Origin: Auanema rhodensis | Lineage: Eukaryota; Animalia; Nematoda | Assembly: GCA_964057225.1 (NCBI GenBank) | Contig: OZ059897.1 | Span: forward strand, 3,224,001 to 3,288,000 | DNA: 64,000 nucleotides | Reading direction: 5' to 3' | In this document: in pieces, positions 39,601 through 53,704 of the stretch | Layout of the letters: each line of letters starts with the position of its first letter | How positions within the stretch are numbered: the stretch's first letter is position 1 | Position numbers and translations under genes: made by a program | Notes under the pieces: model-generated | The model's database searches: none | Seen by the model: the letters and a program-made list of their open reading frames with translations, nothing else | Told to the model about the DNA's origin: nothing

Positions 39601-41769
39601 AAATGCACCGAGATATCAACTGATATATGTTCACACTTATATCCTCGATTTTCACCCTGAAGAAATAGTTTTTTCGTTGAAAAACATTGTCCATCGTCTT
39701 TGCCTTGAAAAAAGGAATCTAAAAACATCTACTTTTTGTGAAATTATTTAGAAATTTTTCGGGAAAATTTTTGTCAAAATGTTTTTGGAAGCAATGTTGA
39801 GTGTACATGGGAACTCAACATACACTAATGCATTATTTTTCAAACGATCATAACTTATTTTTGTATAGAGCGTTTCTCAATGTAGTATAGTGCATTCGAT
39901 GCGGATTTTTAAGCTGCGTCGATCTGTGTTATCAGATTTGAGTTAGCTTAAAAATGCACCGAGATATCAACTGATATATGTTCACACTTATATCCTCGAT
40001 TTTCACCCTGAAGAAATGATTTTTTCGTTGAATAACATTGTCCATCGTCTTCGTCTTGAAAAAAGGAATCTAAAAACATCTACTTTTTGTGAAATTATTT
40101 AGAAATTTTTCGGGAAAATTTTTGTCAAAATGTTTTTGGAAGCAATGTTGAGTGTACATGGGAACTCAACATACACTAATGCATTATTTTTCAAACGATC
40201 ATAACTTATTTTTGTATAGAGCGTTTCTCAATGTAGTATAGTGCATTCGATGCGGATTTTTAAGCTGCGTCGATCTGTGTTATCCGATTTGAGTTAGCTT
40301 AAAAATGCACCGAGATATCAACTGATATATGTTCACACTTATATCCTCGATTTTCAACCTGAAGAAATGATTTTTTCGTTGAATAACATTGTCCATCGTC
40401 TTCGTCTTGAAAAAAGGAATCTAAAAACATCTACTTTTTGTGAAATTATTTAGAAATTTTTCGGGAAAATTTTTGTCAAAATGTTTTTGGAAGCAATGTT
40501 GAGTGTACATGGGAACTCAACATACACTAATGCATTATTTTTCAAACGATCATAACTAATTTTTGTATAGAGCGTTTCTCAATGTAGTATAGTGCATTCG
40601 ATGCGGATTTTTAAGCTGCGTTGATCTGTGTTATCAGATTTGAGTTAACTTAAAAATGCACCGAGATATCAACTGATATAGGTTCACACTTATATCCTCG
40701 ATTTTCACCCTGAAGAAGTAGTTTTTTCGTTGAAAAACATTGTCCATCGTCTTCGTCATGAAAAAAGGAATCTAAAAACATCTACTTTTTAAGAAATTAT
40801 ATAGAAATTTTTCGGGAAAATTTTTGTCAAAATGTTTTTGGAAGCAATGTTGAGTGTACATGGGAACTCAACATACACTAATGCATTATTTTTCAAACGA
40901 TCATAACTTATTTTTGTATAGAGCGTTTCTCAATGTAGTATAGTGCATTCGATGCGGATTTTTAAGCTGCGTCGATCTGTGTTATCCGATTTGAGTTAGC
41001 TTAAAAATGCACCGAGATATCAACTGATATATGTTCACACTTATATCCTCGATTTTCACCCTGAAGAAATGATTTTTTCGTTGAATAACATTGTCCATCG
41101 TCTTCGTCTTGAAAAAAGGAATCTAAAAACATCTACTTTTTGTGAAATTATTTAGAAATTTTTCGGGAAAATTTTTGTCAAAATGTTTTTGGAAGCAATG
41201 TTGAGTGTACATGGGAACTCAACATACACTAATGCATTATTTTTCAAACGATCATAACTAATTTTTGTATAGAGCGTTTCTCAATGTAGTATAGTGCTTT
41301 CGATGCGGATTTTTAAGCTGCGTTGATCTGTGTTATCAGATTTGAGTTAACTTAAAAATGCACCGAGATATCAACTGATATAGGTTCACACTTATATCCT
41401 CGATTTTCACCCTGAAGAAGTAGTTTTTTCGTTGAAAAACATTGTCCATCGTCTTCGTCATGAAAAAAGGAATCTAAAACCATCTACTTTTTAAGAAATT
41501 ATATAGAAATTTTTCGGGAAAATTTTTGTCAAAATGTTTTTGGAAGCAATGTTGAGTGTACATGGGAACTCAACATACACTAATGCATTATTTTTCAAAC
41601 GATCATAACTTATTTTTGTATAGAGCGTTTCTCAATGTAGTATAGTGCATTCGATGCGGATTTTTAAGCTGCGTCGATCTGTGTTATCAGATTTGAGTTA
41701 GCTTAAAAATGCACCGAGATATCAACTGATATATGTTCACACTTATATCCTCGATTTTCACCCTGAAGA

Positions 41770-44700
41770 AATAGTTTTTTCGTTGAAAAACATTGTCCAT
41801 CGTCTTTGCCTTGAAAGAAGGAATCTAAAAACATCTACTTTTTGTGAAATTATTTAGAAATTTTTCGGGAAAATTTTTGTCAAAATGTTTTTGGAAGCAA
41901 TGTTGAGTGTACATGGGAACTCAACATACACTAATGCATTATTTTTCAAACGATCATAACTTATTTTTGTATAGAGCGTTTCTCAATGTAGTATAGTGCA
42001 TTCGATGCGGATTTTTAAGCTGCGTCGATCTGTGTTATCAGATTTGAGTTAGCTTAAAAATGCACCGAGATATTAACTGATATATGTTCACACTTATATC
42101 CTCGATTTTCACCCTGAAGAAATGATTTTTTCGTTGAATAACATTGTCCATCGTCTTCGTCTTGAAAAAAGGAATCTAAAAACATCTACTTTTTGTGAAA
42201 TTATTTAGAAATTTTTCGGGAAAATTTTTGTCAAAATGTTTTTGGAAGCAATGTTGAGTGTACATGGGAACTCAACATACACTAATGCATTATTTTTCAA
42301 ACGATCATAACTTATTTTTGTATAGAGCGTTTCTCAATGTAGTATAGTGCATTCGATGCGGATTTTTAAGCTGCGTCGATCTGTGTTATCCGATTTGAGT
42401 TAGCTTAAAAATGCACCGAGATATCAACTGATATATGTTCACACTTATATCCTCGATTTTCACCCTGAAGAAATGATTTTTTCGTTGAATAACATTGTCC
42501 ATCGTCTTCGTCTTGAAAAAAGGAATCTAAAAACATCTACTTTTTGTGAAATTATTTAGAAATTTTTCGGGAAAATTTTTGTCAAAATGTTTTTGGAAGC
42601 AATGTTGAGTGTACATGGGAACTCAACATACACTAATGCATTATTTTTCAAACGATCATAACTAATTTTTGTATAGAGCGTTTCTCAATGTAGTATAGTG
42701 CATTCGATGCGGATTTTTAAGCTGCGTTGATCTGTGTTATCAGATTTGAGTTAACTTAAAAATGCACCGAGATATCAACTGATATAGGTTCACACTTATA
42801 TCCTCGATTTTCACCCTGAAGAAGTAGTTTTTTCGTTGAAAAACATTGTCCATCGTCTTCGTCATGAAAAAAGGAATCTAAAACCATCTACTTTTTAAGA
42901 AATTATATAGAAATTTTTCGGGAAAATTTTTGTCAAAATGTTTTTGGAAGCAATGTTGAGTGTACATGGGAACTCAACATACACTAATGCATTATTTTTC
43001 AAACGATCATAACTTATTTTTGTATAGAGCGTTTCTCAATGTAGTATAGTGCATTCGATGCGGATTTTTAAGCTGCGTCGATCTGTGTTATCAGATTTGA
43101 GTTAGCTTAAAAATGCACCGAGATATCAACTGATATATGTTCACACTTATATCCTCGATTTTCACCCTGAAGAAATAGTTTTTTCGTTGAAAAACATTGT
43201 CCATCGTCTTTGCCTTGAAAAAAGGAATCTAAAAACATCTACTTTTTGTGAAATTATTTAGAAATTTTTCGGGAAAATTTTTGTCAAAATGTTTTTGGAA
43301 GCAATGTTGAGTGTACATGGGAACTCAACATACACTAATGCATTATTTTTCAAACGATCATAACTTATTTTTGTATAGAGCGTTTCTCAATGTAGTATAG
43401 TGCATTCGATGCGGATTTTTAAGCTGCGTCGATCTGTGTTATCAGATTTGAGTTAGCTTAAAAATGCACCGAGATATCAACTGATATATGTTCACACTTA
43501 TATCCTCGATTTTCACCCTGAAGAAATGATTTTTTCGTTGAATAACATTGTCCATCGTCTTCGTCTTGAAAAAAGGAATCTAAAAACATCTACTTTTTGT
43601 GAAATTATTTAGAAATTTTTCGGGAAAATTTTTGTCAAAATGTTTTTGGAAGCAATGTTGAGTGTACATGGGAACTCAACATACACTAATGCATTATTTT
43701 TCAAACGATCATAACTTATTTTTGTATAGAGCGTTTCTCAATGTAGTATAGTGCATTCGATGCGGATTTTTAAGCTGCGTCGATCTGTGTTATCCGATTT
43801 GAGTTAGCTTAAAAATGCACCGAGATATCAACTGATATATGTTCACACTTATATCCTCGATTTTCACCCTGAAGAAATGATTTTTTCGTTGAATAACATT
43901 GTCCATCGTCTTCGTCTTGAAAAAAGGAATCTAAAAACATCTACTTTTTGTGAAATTATTTAGAAATTTTTCGGGAAAATTTTTGTCAAAATGTTTTTGG
44001 AAGCAATGTTGAGTGTACATGGGAACTCAACATACACTAATGCATTATTTTTCAAACGATCATAACTAATTTTTGTATAGAGCGTTTCTCAATGTAGTAT
44101 AGTGCATTCGATGCGGATTTTTAAGCTGCGTTGATCTGTGTTATCAGATTTGAGTTAACTTAAAAATGCACCGAGATATCAACTGATATAGGTTCACACT
44201 TATATCCTCGATTTTCACCCTGAAGAAGTAGTTTTTTCGTTGAAAAACATTGTCCATCGTCTTCGTCATGAAAAAAGGAATCTAAAACCATCTACTTTTT
44301 AAGAAATTATATAGAAATTTTTCGGGAAAATTTTTGTCAAAATGTTTTTGGAAGCAATGTTGAGTGTACATGGGAACTCAACATACACTAATGCATTATT
44401 TTTCAAACGATCATAACTTATTTTTGTATAGAGCGTTTCTCAATGTAGTATAGTGCATTCGATGCGGATTTATAAGCTGCGTCGATCTGTGTTATCAGAT
44501 TTGAGTTAGCTTAAAAATGCACCGAGATATCAACTGATATATGTTCACACTTATATCCTCGATTTTCACCCTGAAGAAATAGTTTTTTCGTTGAAAAACA
44601 TTGTCCATCGTCTTTGCCTTGAAAAAAGGAATCTAAAAACATCTACTTTTTGTGAAATTATTTAGAAATTTTTCGGGAAAATTTTTGTCAAAATGTTTTT

Positions 44701-47385
44701 GGAAGCAATGTTGAGTGTACATGGGAACTCAACATACACTAATGCATTATTTTTCAAACGATCATAACTTATTTTTGTATAGAGCGTTTCTCAATGTAGT
44801 ATAGTGCATTCGATGCGGATTTTTAAGCTGCGTCGATCTGTGTTATCAGATTTGAGTTAGCTTAAAAATGCACCGAGATATCAACTGATATATGTTCACA
44901 CTTATATCCTCGATTTTCACCCTGAAGAAATGATTTTTTCGTTGAATAACATTGTCCATCGTCTTCGTCTTGAAAAAAGGAATCTAAAAACATCTACTTT
45001 TTGTGAAATTATTTAGAAATTTTTCGGGAAAATTTTTGTCAAAATGTTTTTGGAAGCAATGTTGAGTGTACATGGGAACTCAACATACACTAATGCATTA
45101 TTTTTCAAACGATCATAACTTATTTTTGTATAGAGCGTTTCTCAATGTAGTATAGTGCATTCGATGCGGATTTTTAAGCTGCGTCGATCTGTGTTATCCG
45201 ATTTGAGTTAGCTTAAAAATGCACCGAGATATCAACTGATATATGTTCACACTTATATCCTCGATTTTCACCCTGAAGAAATGATTTTTTCGTTGAATAA
45301 CATTGTCCATCGTCTTCGTCTTGAAAAAAGGAATCTAAAAACATCTACTTTTTGTGAAATTATTTAGAAATTTTTCGGGAAAATTTTTGTCAAAATGTTT
45401 TTGGAAGCAATGTTGAGTGTACATGGGAACTCAACATACACTAATGCATTATTTTTCAAACGATCATAACTAATTTTTGTATAGAGCGTTTCTCAATGTA
45501 GTATAGTGCATTCGATGCGGATTTTTAAGCTGCGTTGATCTGTGTTATCAGATTTGAGTTAACTTAAAAATGCACCGAGATATCAACTGATATAGGTTCA
45601 CACTTATATCCTCGATTTTCACCCTGAAGAAGTAGTTTTTTCGTTGAAAAACATTGTCCATCGTCTTCGTAATGAAAAAAGGAATCTAAAAACATCTACT
45701 TTTTAAGAAATTATATAGAAATTTTTCGGGAAAATTTTTGTCAAAATGTTTTTGGAAGCAATGTTGAGTGTACATGGGAACTCAACATACACTAATGCAT
45801 TATTTTTCAAACGATCATAACTTATTTTTGTATAGAGCGTTTCTCAATGTAGTATAGTGCATTCGATGCGGATTTTTAAGCTGCGTCGATCTGTGTTATC
45901 AGATTTGAGTTAGCTTAAAAATGCACCGAGATATCAACTGATATATGTTCACACTTATATCCTCGATTTTCACCCTGAAGAAATAGTTTTTTCGTTGAAA
46001 AACATTGTCCATCGTCTTTGCCTTGAAAAAAGGAATCTAAAAACATCTACTTTTTGTGAAATTATTTAGAAATTTTTCGGGAAAATTTTTGTCAAAATGT
46101 TTTTGGAAGCAATGTTGAGTGTACATGGGAACTCAACATACACTAATGCATTATTTTTCAAACGATCATAACTTATTTTTGTATAGAGCGTTTCTCAATG
46201 TAGTATAGTGCATTCGATGCGGATTTTTAAGCTGCGTCGATCTGTGTTATCAGATTTGAGTTAGCTTAAAAATGCACCGAGATATCAACTGATATATGTT
46301 CACACTTATATCCTTGATTTTCACCCTGAAGAAATGATTTTTTCGTTGAATAACATTGTCCATCGTCTTCGTCTTGAAAAAAGGAATCTAAAAACATCTA
46401 CTTTTTGTGAAATTATTTAGAAATTTTTCGGGAAAATTTTTGTCAAAATGTTTTTGGAAGCAATGTTGAGTGTACATGGGAACTCAACATACACTAATGC
46501 ATTATTTTTCAAACGATCATAACTTATTTTTGTATAGAGCGTTTCTCAATGTAGTATAGTGCATTCGATGCGGATTTTTAAGCTGCGTCGATCTGTGTTA
46601 TCCGATTTGAGTTAGCTTAAAAACGCACCGAGATATCAACTGATATATGTTCACACTTATATCCTCGATTTTCACCCTGAAGAAATGATTTTTTCGTTGA
46701 ATAACATTGTCCATCGTCTTCGTCTTGAAAAAAGGAATCTAAAAACATCTACTTTTTGTGAAATTATTTAGAAATTTTTCGGGAAAATTTTTGTCAAAAT
46801 GTTTTTGGAAGCAATGTTGAGTGTACATGGGAACTCAACATACACTAATGCATTATTTTTCAAACGATCATAACTAATTTTTGTATAGAGCGTTTCTCAA
46901 TGTAGTATAGTGCATTCGATGCGGATTTTTAAGCTGCGTTGATCTGTGTTATCAGATTTGAGTTAACTTAAAAATGCACCGAGATATCAACTGATATAGG
47001 TTCACACTTATATCCTCGATTTTCACCCTGAAGAAGTAGTTTTTTCGTTGAAAAACATTGTCCATCGTCTTCGTAATGAAAAAAGGAATCTAAAAACATC
47101 TACTTTTTAAGAAATTATATAGAAATTTTTCGGGAAAATTTTTGTCAAAATGTTTTTGGAAGCAATGTTGAGTGTACATGGGAACTCAACATACACTAAT
47201 GCATTATTTTTCAAACGATCATAACTTATTTTTGTATAGAGCGTTTCTCAATGTAGTATAGTGCATTCGATGCGGATTTTTAAGCTGCGTCGATCTGTGT
47301 TATCAGATTTGAGTTAGCTTAAAAATGCACCGAGATATCAACTGATATATGTTCACACTTATATCCTCGATTTTCACCCTGAAGA
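41770..47385 (+). repeat. Regular 4-monomer HOR array (1404 bp; C-A*-A-B) x4
   Basis: C heads at 41770, 43174, 44578, 45982; B heads at 42823, 44227, 45631, 47035; the tatcCgat variant occurs once per unit, on the first A. Confidence 0.92.
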
Positions 47386-50300
47386 AATAGTTTTTTCGTT
47401 GAAAAACATTGTCCATCGTCTTTGCCTTGAAAAAAGGAATCTAAAAACATCTACTTTTTGTGAAATTATTTAGAAATTTTTCGGGAAAATTTTTGTCAAA
47501 ATGTTTTTGGAAGCAATGTTGAGTGTACATGGGAACTCAACATACACTAATGCATTATTTTTCAAACGATCATAACTTATTTTTGTATAGAGCGTTTCTC
47601 AATGTAGTATAGTGCATTCGATGCGGATTTTTAAGCTGCGTCGATCTGTGTTATCCGATTTGAGTTAGCTTAAAAATGCACCGAGATATCAACTGATATA
47701 TGTTCACACTTATATCCTCGATTTTCACCCTGAAGAAATGATTTTTTCGTTGAATAACATTGTCCATCGTCTTCGTCTTGAAAAAAGGAATCTAAAAACA
47801 TCTACTTTTTGTGAAATTATTTAGAAATTTTTCGGGAAAATTTTTGTCAAAATGTTTTTGGAAGCAATGTTGAGTGTACATGGGAACTCAACATACACTA
47901 ATGCATTATTTTTCAAACGATCATAACTAATTTTTGTATAGAGCGTTTCTCAATGTAGTATAGTGCATTCGATGCGGATTTTTAAGCTGCGTTGATCTGT
48001 GTTATCAGATTTGAGTTAACTTAAAAATGCACCGAGATATCAACTGATATAGGTTCACACTTATATCCTCGATTTTCACCCTGAAGAAGTAGTTTTTTCG
48101 TTGAAAAACATTGTCCATCGTCTTCGTCATGAAAAAAGGAATCTAAAACCATCTACTTTTTAAGAAATTATATAGAAATTTTTCGGGAAAATTTTTGTCA
48201 AAATGTTTTTGGAAGCAATGTTGAGTGTACATGGGAACTCAACATACACTAATGCATTATTTTTCAAACGATCATAACTTATTTTTGTATAGAGCGTTTC
48301 TCAATGTAGTATAGTGCATTCGATGCGGATTTTTAAGCTGCGTCGATCTGTGTTATCAGATTTGAGTTAGCTTAAAAATGCACCGAGATATCAACTGATA
48401 TATGTTCACACTTATATCCTCGATTTTCACCCTGAAGAAATAGTTTTTTCGTTGAAAAACATTGTCCATCGTCTTTGCCTTGAAAAAAGGAATCTAAAAA
48501 CATCTACTTTTTGTGAAATTATTTAGAAATTTTTCGGGAAAATTTTTGTCAAAATGTTTTTGGAAGCAATGTTGAGTGTACATGGGAACTCAACATACAC
48601 TAATGCATTATTTTTCAAACGATCATAACTTATTTTTGTATAGAGCGTTTCTCAATGTAGTATAGTGCATTCGATGCGGATTTTTAAGCTGCGTCGATCT
48701 GTGTTATCCGATTTGAGTTAGCTTAAAAATGCACCGAGATATCAACTGATATATGTTCACACTTATATCCTCGATTTTCACCCTGAAGAAATGATTTTTT
48801 CGTTGAATAACATTGTCCATCGTCTTCGTCTTGAAAAAAGGAATCTAAAAACATCTACTTTTTGTGAAATTATTTAGAAATTTTTCGGGAAAATTTTTGT
48901 CAAAATGTTTTTGGAAGCAATGTTGAGTGTACATGGGAACTCAACATACACTAATGCATTATTTTTCAAACGATCATAACTAATTTTTGTATAGAGCGTT
49001 TCTCAATGTAGTATAGTGCATTCGATGCGGATTTTTAAGCTGCGTTGATCTGTGTTATCAGATTTGAGTTAACTTAAAAATGCACCGAGATATCAACTGA
49101 TATAGGTTCACACTTATATCCTCGATTTTCACCCTGAAGAAGTAGTTTTTTCGTTGAAAAACATTGTCCATCGTCTTCGTCATGAAAAAAGGAATCTAAA
49201 AACATCTACTTTTTAAGAAATTATATAGAAATTTTTCGGGAAAATTTTTGTCAAAATGTTTTTGGAAGCAATGTTGAGTGTACATGGGAACTCAACATAC
49301 ACTAATGCATTATTTTTCAAACGATCATAACTTATTTTTGTATAGAGCGTTCTCAATGTAGTATAGTGCATTCGATGCGGATTTTTAAGCTGCGTCGATC
49401 TGTGTTATCAGATTTGAGTTAGCTTAAAAATGCACCGAGATATCAACTGATATATGTTCACACTTATATCCTCGATTTTCACCCTGAAGAAATAGTTTTT
49501 TCGTTGAAAAACATTGTCCATCGTCTTTGCCTTGAAAAAAGGAATCTAAAAACATCTACTTTTTGTGAAATTATTTAGAAATTTTTCGGGAAAATTTTTG
49601 TCAAAATGTTTTTGGAAGCAATGTTGAGTGTACATGGGAACTCAACATACACTAATGCATTATTTTTCAAACGATCATAACTTATTTTTGTATAGAGCGT
49701 TTCTCAATGTAGTATAGTGCATTCGATGCGGATTTTTAAGCTGCGTCGATCTGTGTTATCCGATTTGAGTTAGCTTAAAAATGCACCGAGATATCAACTG
49801 ATATATGTTCACACTTATATCCTCGATTTTCACCCTGAAGAAATGATTTTTTCGTTGAATAACATTGTCCATCGTCTTCGTCTTGAAAAAAGGAATCTAA
49901 AAACATCTACTTTTTGTGAAATTATTTAGAAATTTTTCGGGAAAATTTTTGTCAAAATGTTTTTGGAAGCAATGTTGAGTGTACATGGGAACTCAACATA
50001 CACTAATGCATTATTTTTCAAACGATCATAACTAATTTTTGTATAGAGCGTTTCTCAATGTAGTATAGTGCATTCGATGCGGATTTTTAAGCTGCGTTGA
50101 TCTGTGTTATCAGATTTGAGTTAACTTAAAAATGCACCGAGATATCAACTGATATAGGTTCACACTTATATCCTCGATTTTCACCCTGAAGAAGTAGTTT
50201 TTTCGTTGAAAAACATTGTCCATCGTCTTCGTCATGAAAAAAGGAATCTAAAAACATCTACTTTTTAAGAAATTATATAGAAATTTTTCGGGAAAATTTT

Positions 50301-53300
50301 TGTCAAAATGTTTTTGGAAGCAATGTTGAGTGTACATGGGAACTCAACATACACTAATGCATTATTTTTCAAACGATCATAACTTATTTTTGTATAGAGC
50401 GTTTCTCAATGTAGTATAGTGCATTCGATGCGGATTTTTAAGCTGCGTCGATCTGTGTTATCAGATTTGAGTTAGCTTAAAAATGCACCGAGATATCAAC
50501 TGATATATGTTCACACTTATATCCTCGATTTTCACCCTGAAGAAATAGTTTTTTCGTTGAAAAACATTGTCCATCGTCTTTGCCTTGAAAAAAGGAATCT
50601 AAAAACATCTACTTTTTGTGAAATTATTTAGAAATTTTTCGGGAAAATTTTTGTCAAAATGTTTTTGGAAGCAATGTTGAGTGTACATGGGAACTCAACA
50701 TACACTAATGCATTATTTTTCAAACGATCATAACTTATTTTTGTATAGAGCGTTTCTCAATGTAGTATAGTGCATTCGATGCGGATTTTTAAGCTGCGTC
50801 GATCTGTGTTATCCGATTTGAGTTAGCTTAAAAATGCACCGAGATATCAACTGATATATGTTCACACTTATATCCTCGATTTTCACCCTGAAGAAATGAT
50901 TTTTTTGTTGAATAACATTGTCCATCGTCTTCGTCTTGAAAAAAGGAATCTAAAAACATCTACTTTTTGTGAAATTATTTAGAAATTTTTCGGGAAAATT
51001 TTTGTCAAAATGTTTTTGGAAGCAATGTTGAGTGTACATGGGAACTCAACATACACTAATGCATTATTTTTCAAACGATCATAACTAATTTTTGTATAGA
51101 GCGTTTCTCAATGTAGTATAGTGCATTCGATGCGGATTTTTAAGCTGCGTTGATCTGTGTTATCAGATTTGAGTTAACTTAAAAATGCACCGAGATATCA
51201 ACTGATATAGGTTCACACTTATATCCTCGATTTTCACCCTGAAGAAGTAGTTTTTTCGTTGAAAAACATTGTCCATCGTCTTCGTCATGAAAAAAGGAAT
51301 CTAAAAACATCTACTTTTTAAGAAATTATATAGAAATTTTTCGGGAAAATTTTTGTCAAAATGTTTTTGGAAGCAATGTTGAGTGTACATGGGAACTCAA
51401 CATACACTAATGCATTATTTTTCAAACGATCATAACTTATTTTTGTATAGAGCGTTTCTCAATGTAGTATAGTGCATTCGATGCGGATTTTTAAGCTGCG
51501 TCGATCTGTGTTATCAGATTTGAGTTAGCTTAAAAATGCACCGAGATATCAACTGATATATGTTCACACTTATATCCTCGATTTTCACCCTGAAGAAATA
51601 GTTTTTTCGTTGAAAAACATTGTCCATCGTCTTTGCCTTGAAAAAAGGAATCTAAAAACATCTACTTTTTGTGAAATTATTTAGAAATTTTTCGGGAAAA
51701 TTTTTGTCAAAATGTTTTTGGAAGCAATGTTGAGTGTACATGGGAACTCAACATACACTAATGCATTATTTTTCAAACGATCATAACTTATTTTTGTATA
51801 GAGCGTTTCTCAATGTAGTATAGTGCATTCGATGCGGATTTTTAAGCTGCGTCGATCTGTGTTATCCGATTTGAGTTAGCTTAAAAATGCACCGAGATAT
51901 CAACTGATATATGTTCACACTTATATCCTCGATTTTCACCCTGAAGAAATGATTTTTTTGTTGAATAACATTGTCCATCGTCTTCGTCTTGAAAAAAAGG
52001 AATCTAAAAACATCTACTTTTTGTGAAATTATTTAGAAATTTTTCGGGAAAATTTTTGTCAAAATGTTTTTGGAAGCAATGTTGAGTGTACATGGGAACT
52101 CAACATACACTAATGCATTATTTTTCAAACGATCATAACTAGTTTTTGTATAGAGCGTTTCTCAATGTAGTATAGTGCATTCGATGCGGATTTTTAAGCT
52201 GCGTTGATCTGTGTTATCAGATTTGAGTTAACTTAAAAATGCACCGAGATATCAACTGATATAGGTTCACACTTATATCCTCGATTTTCACCCTGAAGAA
52301 GTAGTTTTTTCGTTGAAAAACATTGTCCATCGTCTTCGTCATGAAAAAAGGAATCTAAAAACATCTACTTTTTAAGAAATTATATAGAAATTTTTCGGGA
52401 AAATTTTTGTCAAAATGTTTTTGGAAGCAATGTTGAGTGTACATGGGAACTCAACATACACTAATGCATTATTTTTCAAACGATCATAACTTATTTTTGT
52501 ATAGAGCGTTTCTCAATGTAGTATAGTGCATTCGATGCGGATTTTTAAGCTGCGTCGATCTGTGTTATCAGATTTGAGTTAGCTTAAAAATGCACCGAGA
52601 TATCAACTGATATATGTTCACACTTATATCCTCGATTTTCACCCTGAAGAAATAGTTTTTTCGTTGAAAAACATTGTCCATCGTCTTTGCCTTGAAAAAA
52701 GGAATCTAAAAACATCTACTTTTTGTGAAATTATTTAGAAATTTTTCGGGAAAATTTTTGTCAAAATGTTTTTGGAAGCAATGTTGAGTGTACATGGGAA
52801 CTCAACATACACTAATGCATTATTTTTCAAACGATCATAACTTATTTTTGTATAGAGCGTTTCTCAATGTAGTATAGTGCATTCGATGCGGATTTTTAAG
52901 CTGCGTCGATCTGTGTTATCCGATTTGAGTTAGCTTAAAAATGCACCGAGATATCAACTGATATATGTTCACACTTATATCCTCGATTTTCACCCTGAAG
53001 AAATGATTTTTTTGTTGAATAACATTGTCCATCGTCTTCGTCTTGAAAAAAAGGAATCTAAAAACATCTACTTTTTGTGAAATTATTTAGAAATTTTTCG
53101 GGAAAATTTTTGTCAAAATGTTTTTGGAAGCAATGTTGAGTGTACATGGGAACTCAACATACACTAATGCATTATTTTTCAAACGATCATAACTAGTTTT
53201 TGTATAGAGCGTTTCTCAATGTAGTATAGTGCATTCGATGCGGATTTTTAAGCTGCGTTGATCTGTGTTATCAGATTTGAGTTAACTTAAAAATGCACCG

Positions 53301-53704
53301 AGATATCAACTGATATAGGTTCACACTTATATCCTCGATTTTCACCCTGAAGAAGTAGTTTTTTCGTTGAAAAACATTGTCCATCGTCTTCGTCATGAAA
53401 AAAGGAATCTAAAAACATCTACTTTTTAAGAAATTATATAGAAATTTTTCGGGAAAATTTTTGTCAAAATGTTTTTGGAAGCAATGTTGAGTGTACATGG
53501 GAACTCAACATACACTAATGCATTATTTTTCAAACGATCATAACTTATTTTTGTATAGAGCGTTTCTCAATGTAGTATAGTGCATTCGATGCGGATTTTT
53601 AAGCTGCGTCGATCTGTGTTATCAGATTTGAGTTAGCTTAAAAATGCACCGAGATATCAACTGATATATGTTCACACTTATATCCTCGATTTTCACCCTG
53701 AAGA
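47386..53704 (+). repeat. Regular 3-monomer HOR array (~1053 bp; C*-A-B) x6
   Basis: C heads at 47386, 48439, 49491, 50544, 51597 and 52651 each carry the tatcCgat tail and are followed by A then B. Confidence 0.92.

Larger units (their letters stand above)
28783..48438 (+). repeat. Super-HOR copy 2 (the right end is approximate and blends into the tetramer/trimer arrays)
   Basis: ggCAAct at 28833 (=9177+19656) and caAcctg at 40355 (=20699+19656). Intermediate markers are colinear at offsets of 52-56 monomers. Confidence 0.8.

Noticed and set aside
49350-49351. Single-T deletion as a meaningful boundary
   Set aside because: It is a singleton in a short homopolymer, is not propagated to neighbouring trimers, and may be a sequencing or consensus error.
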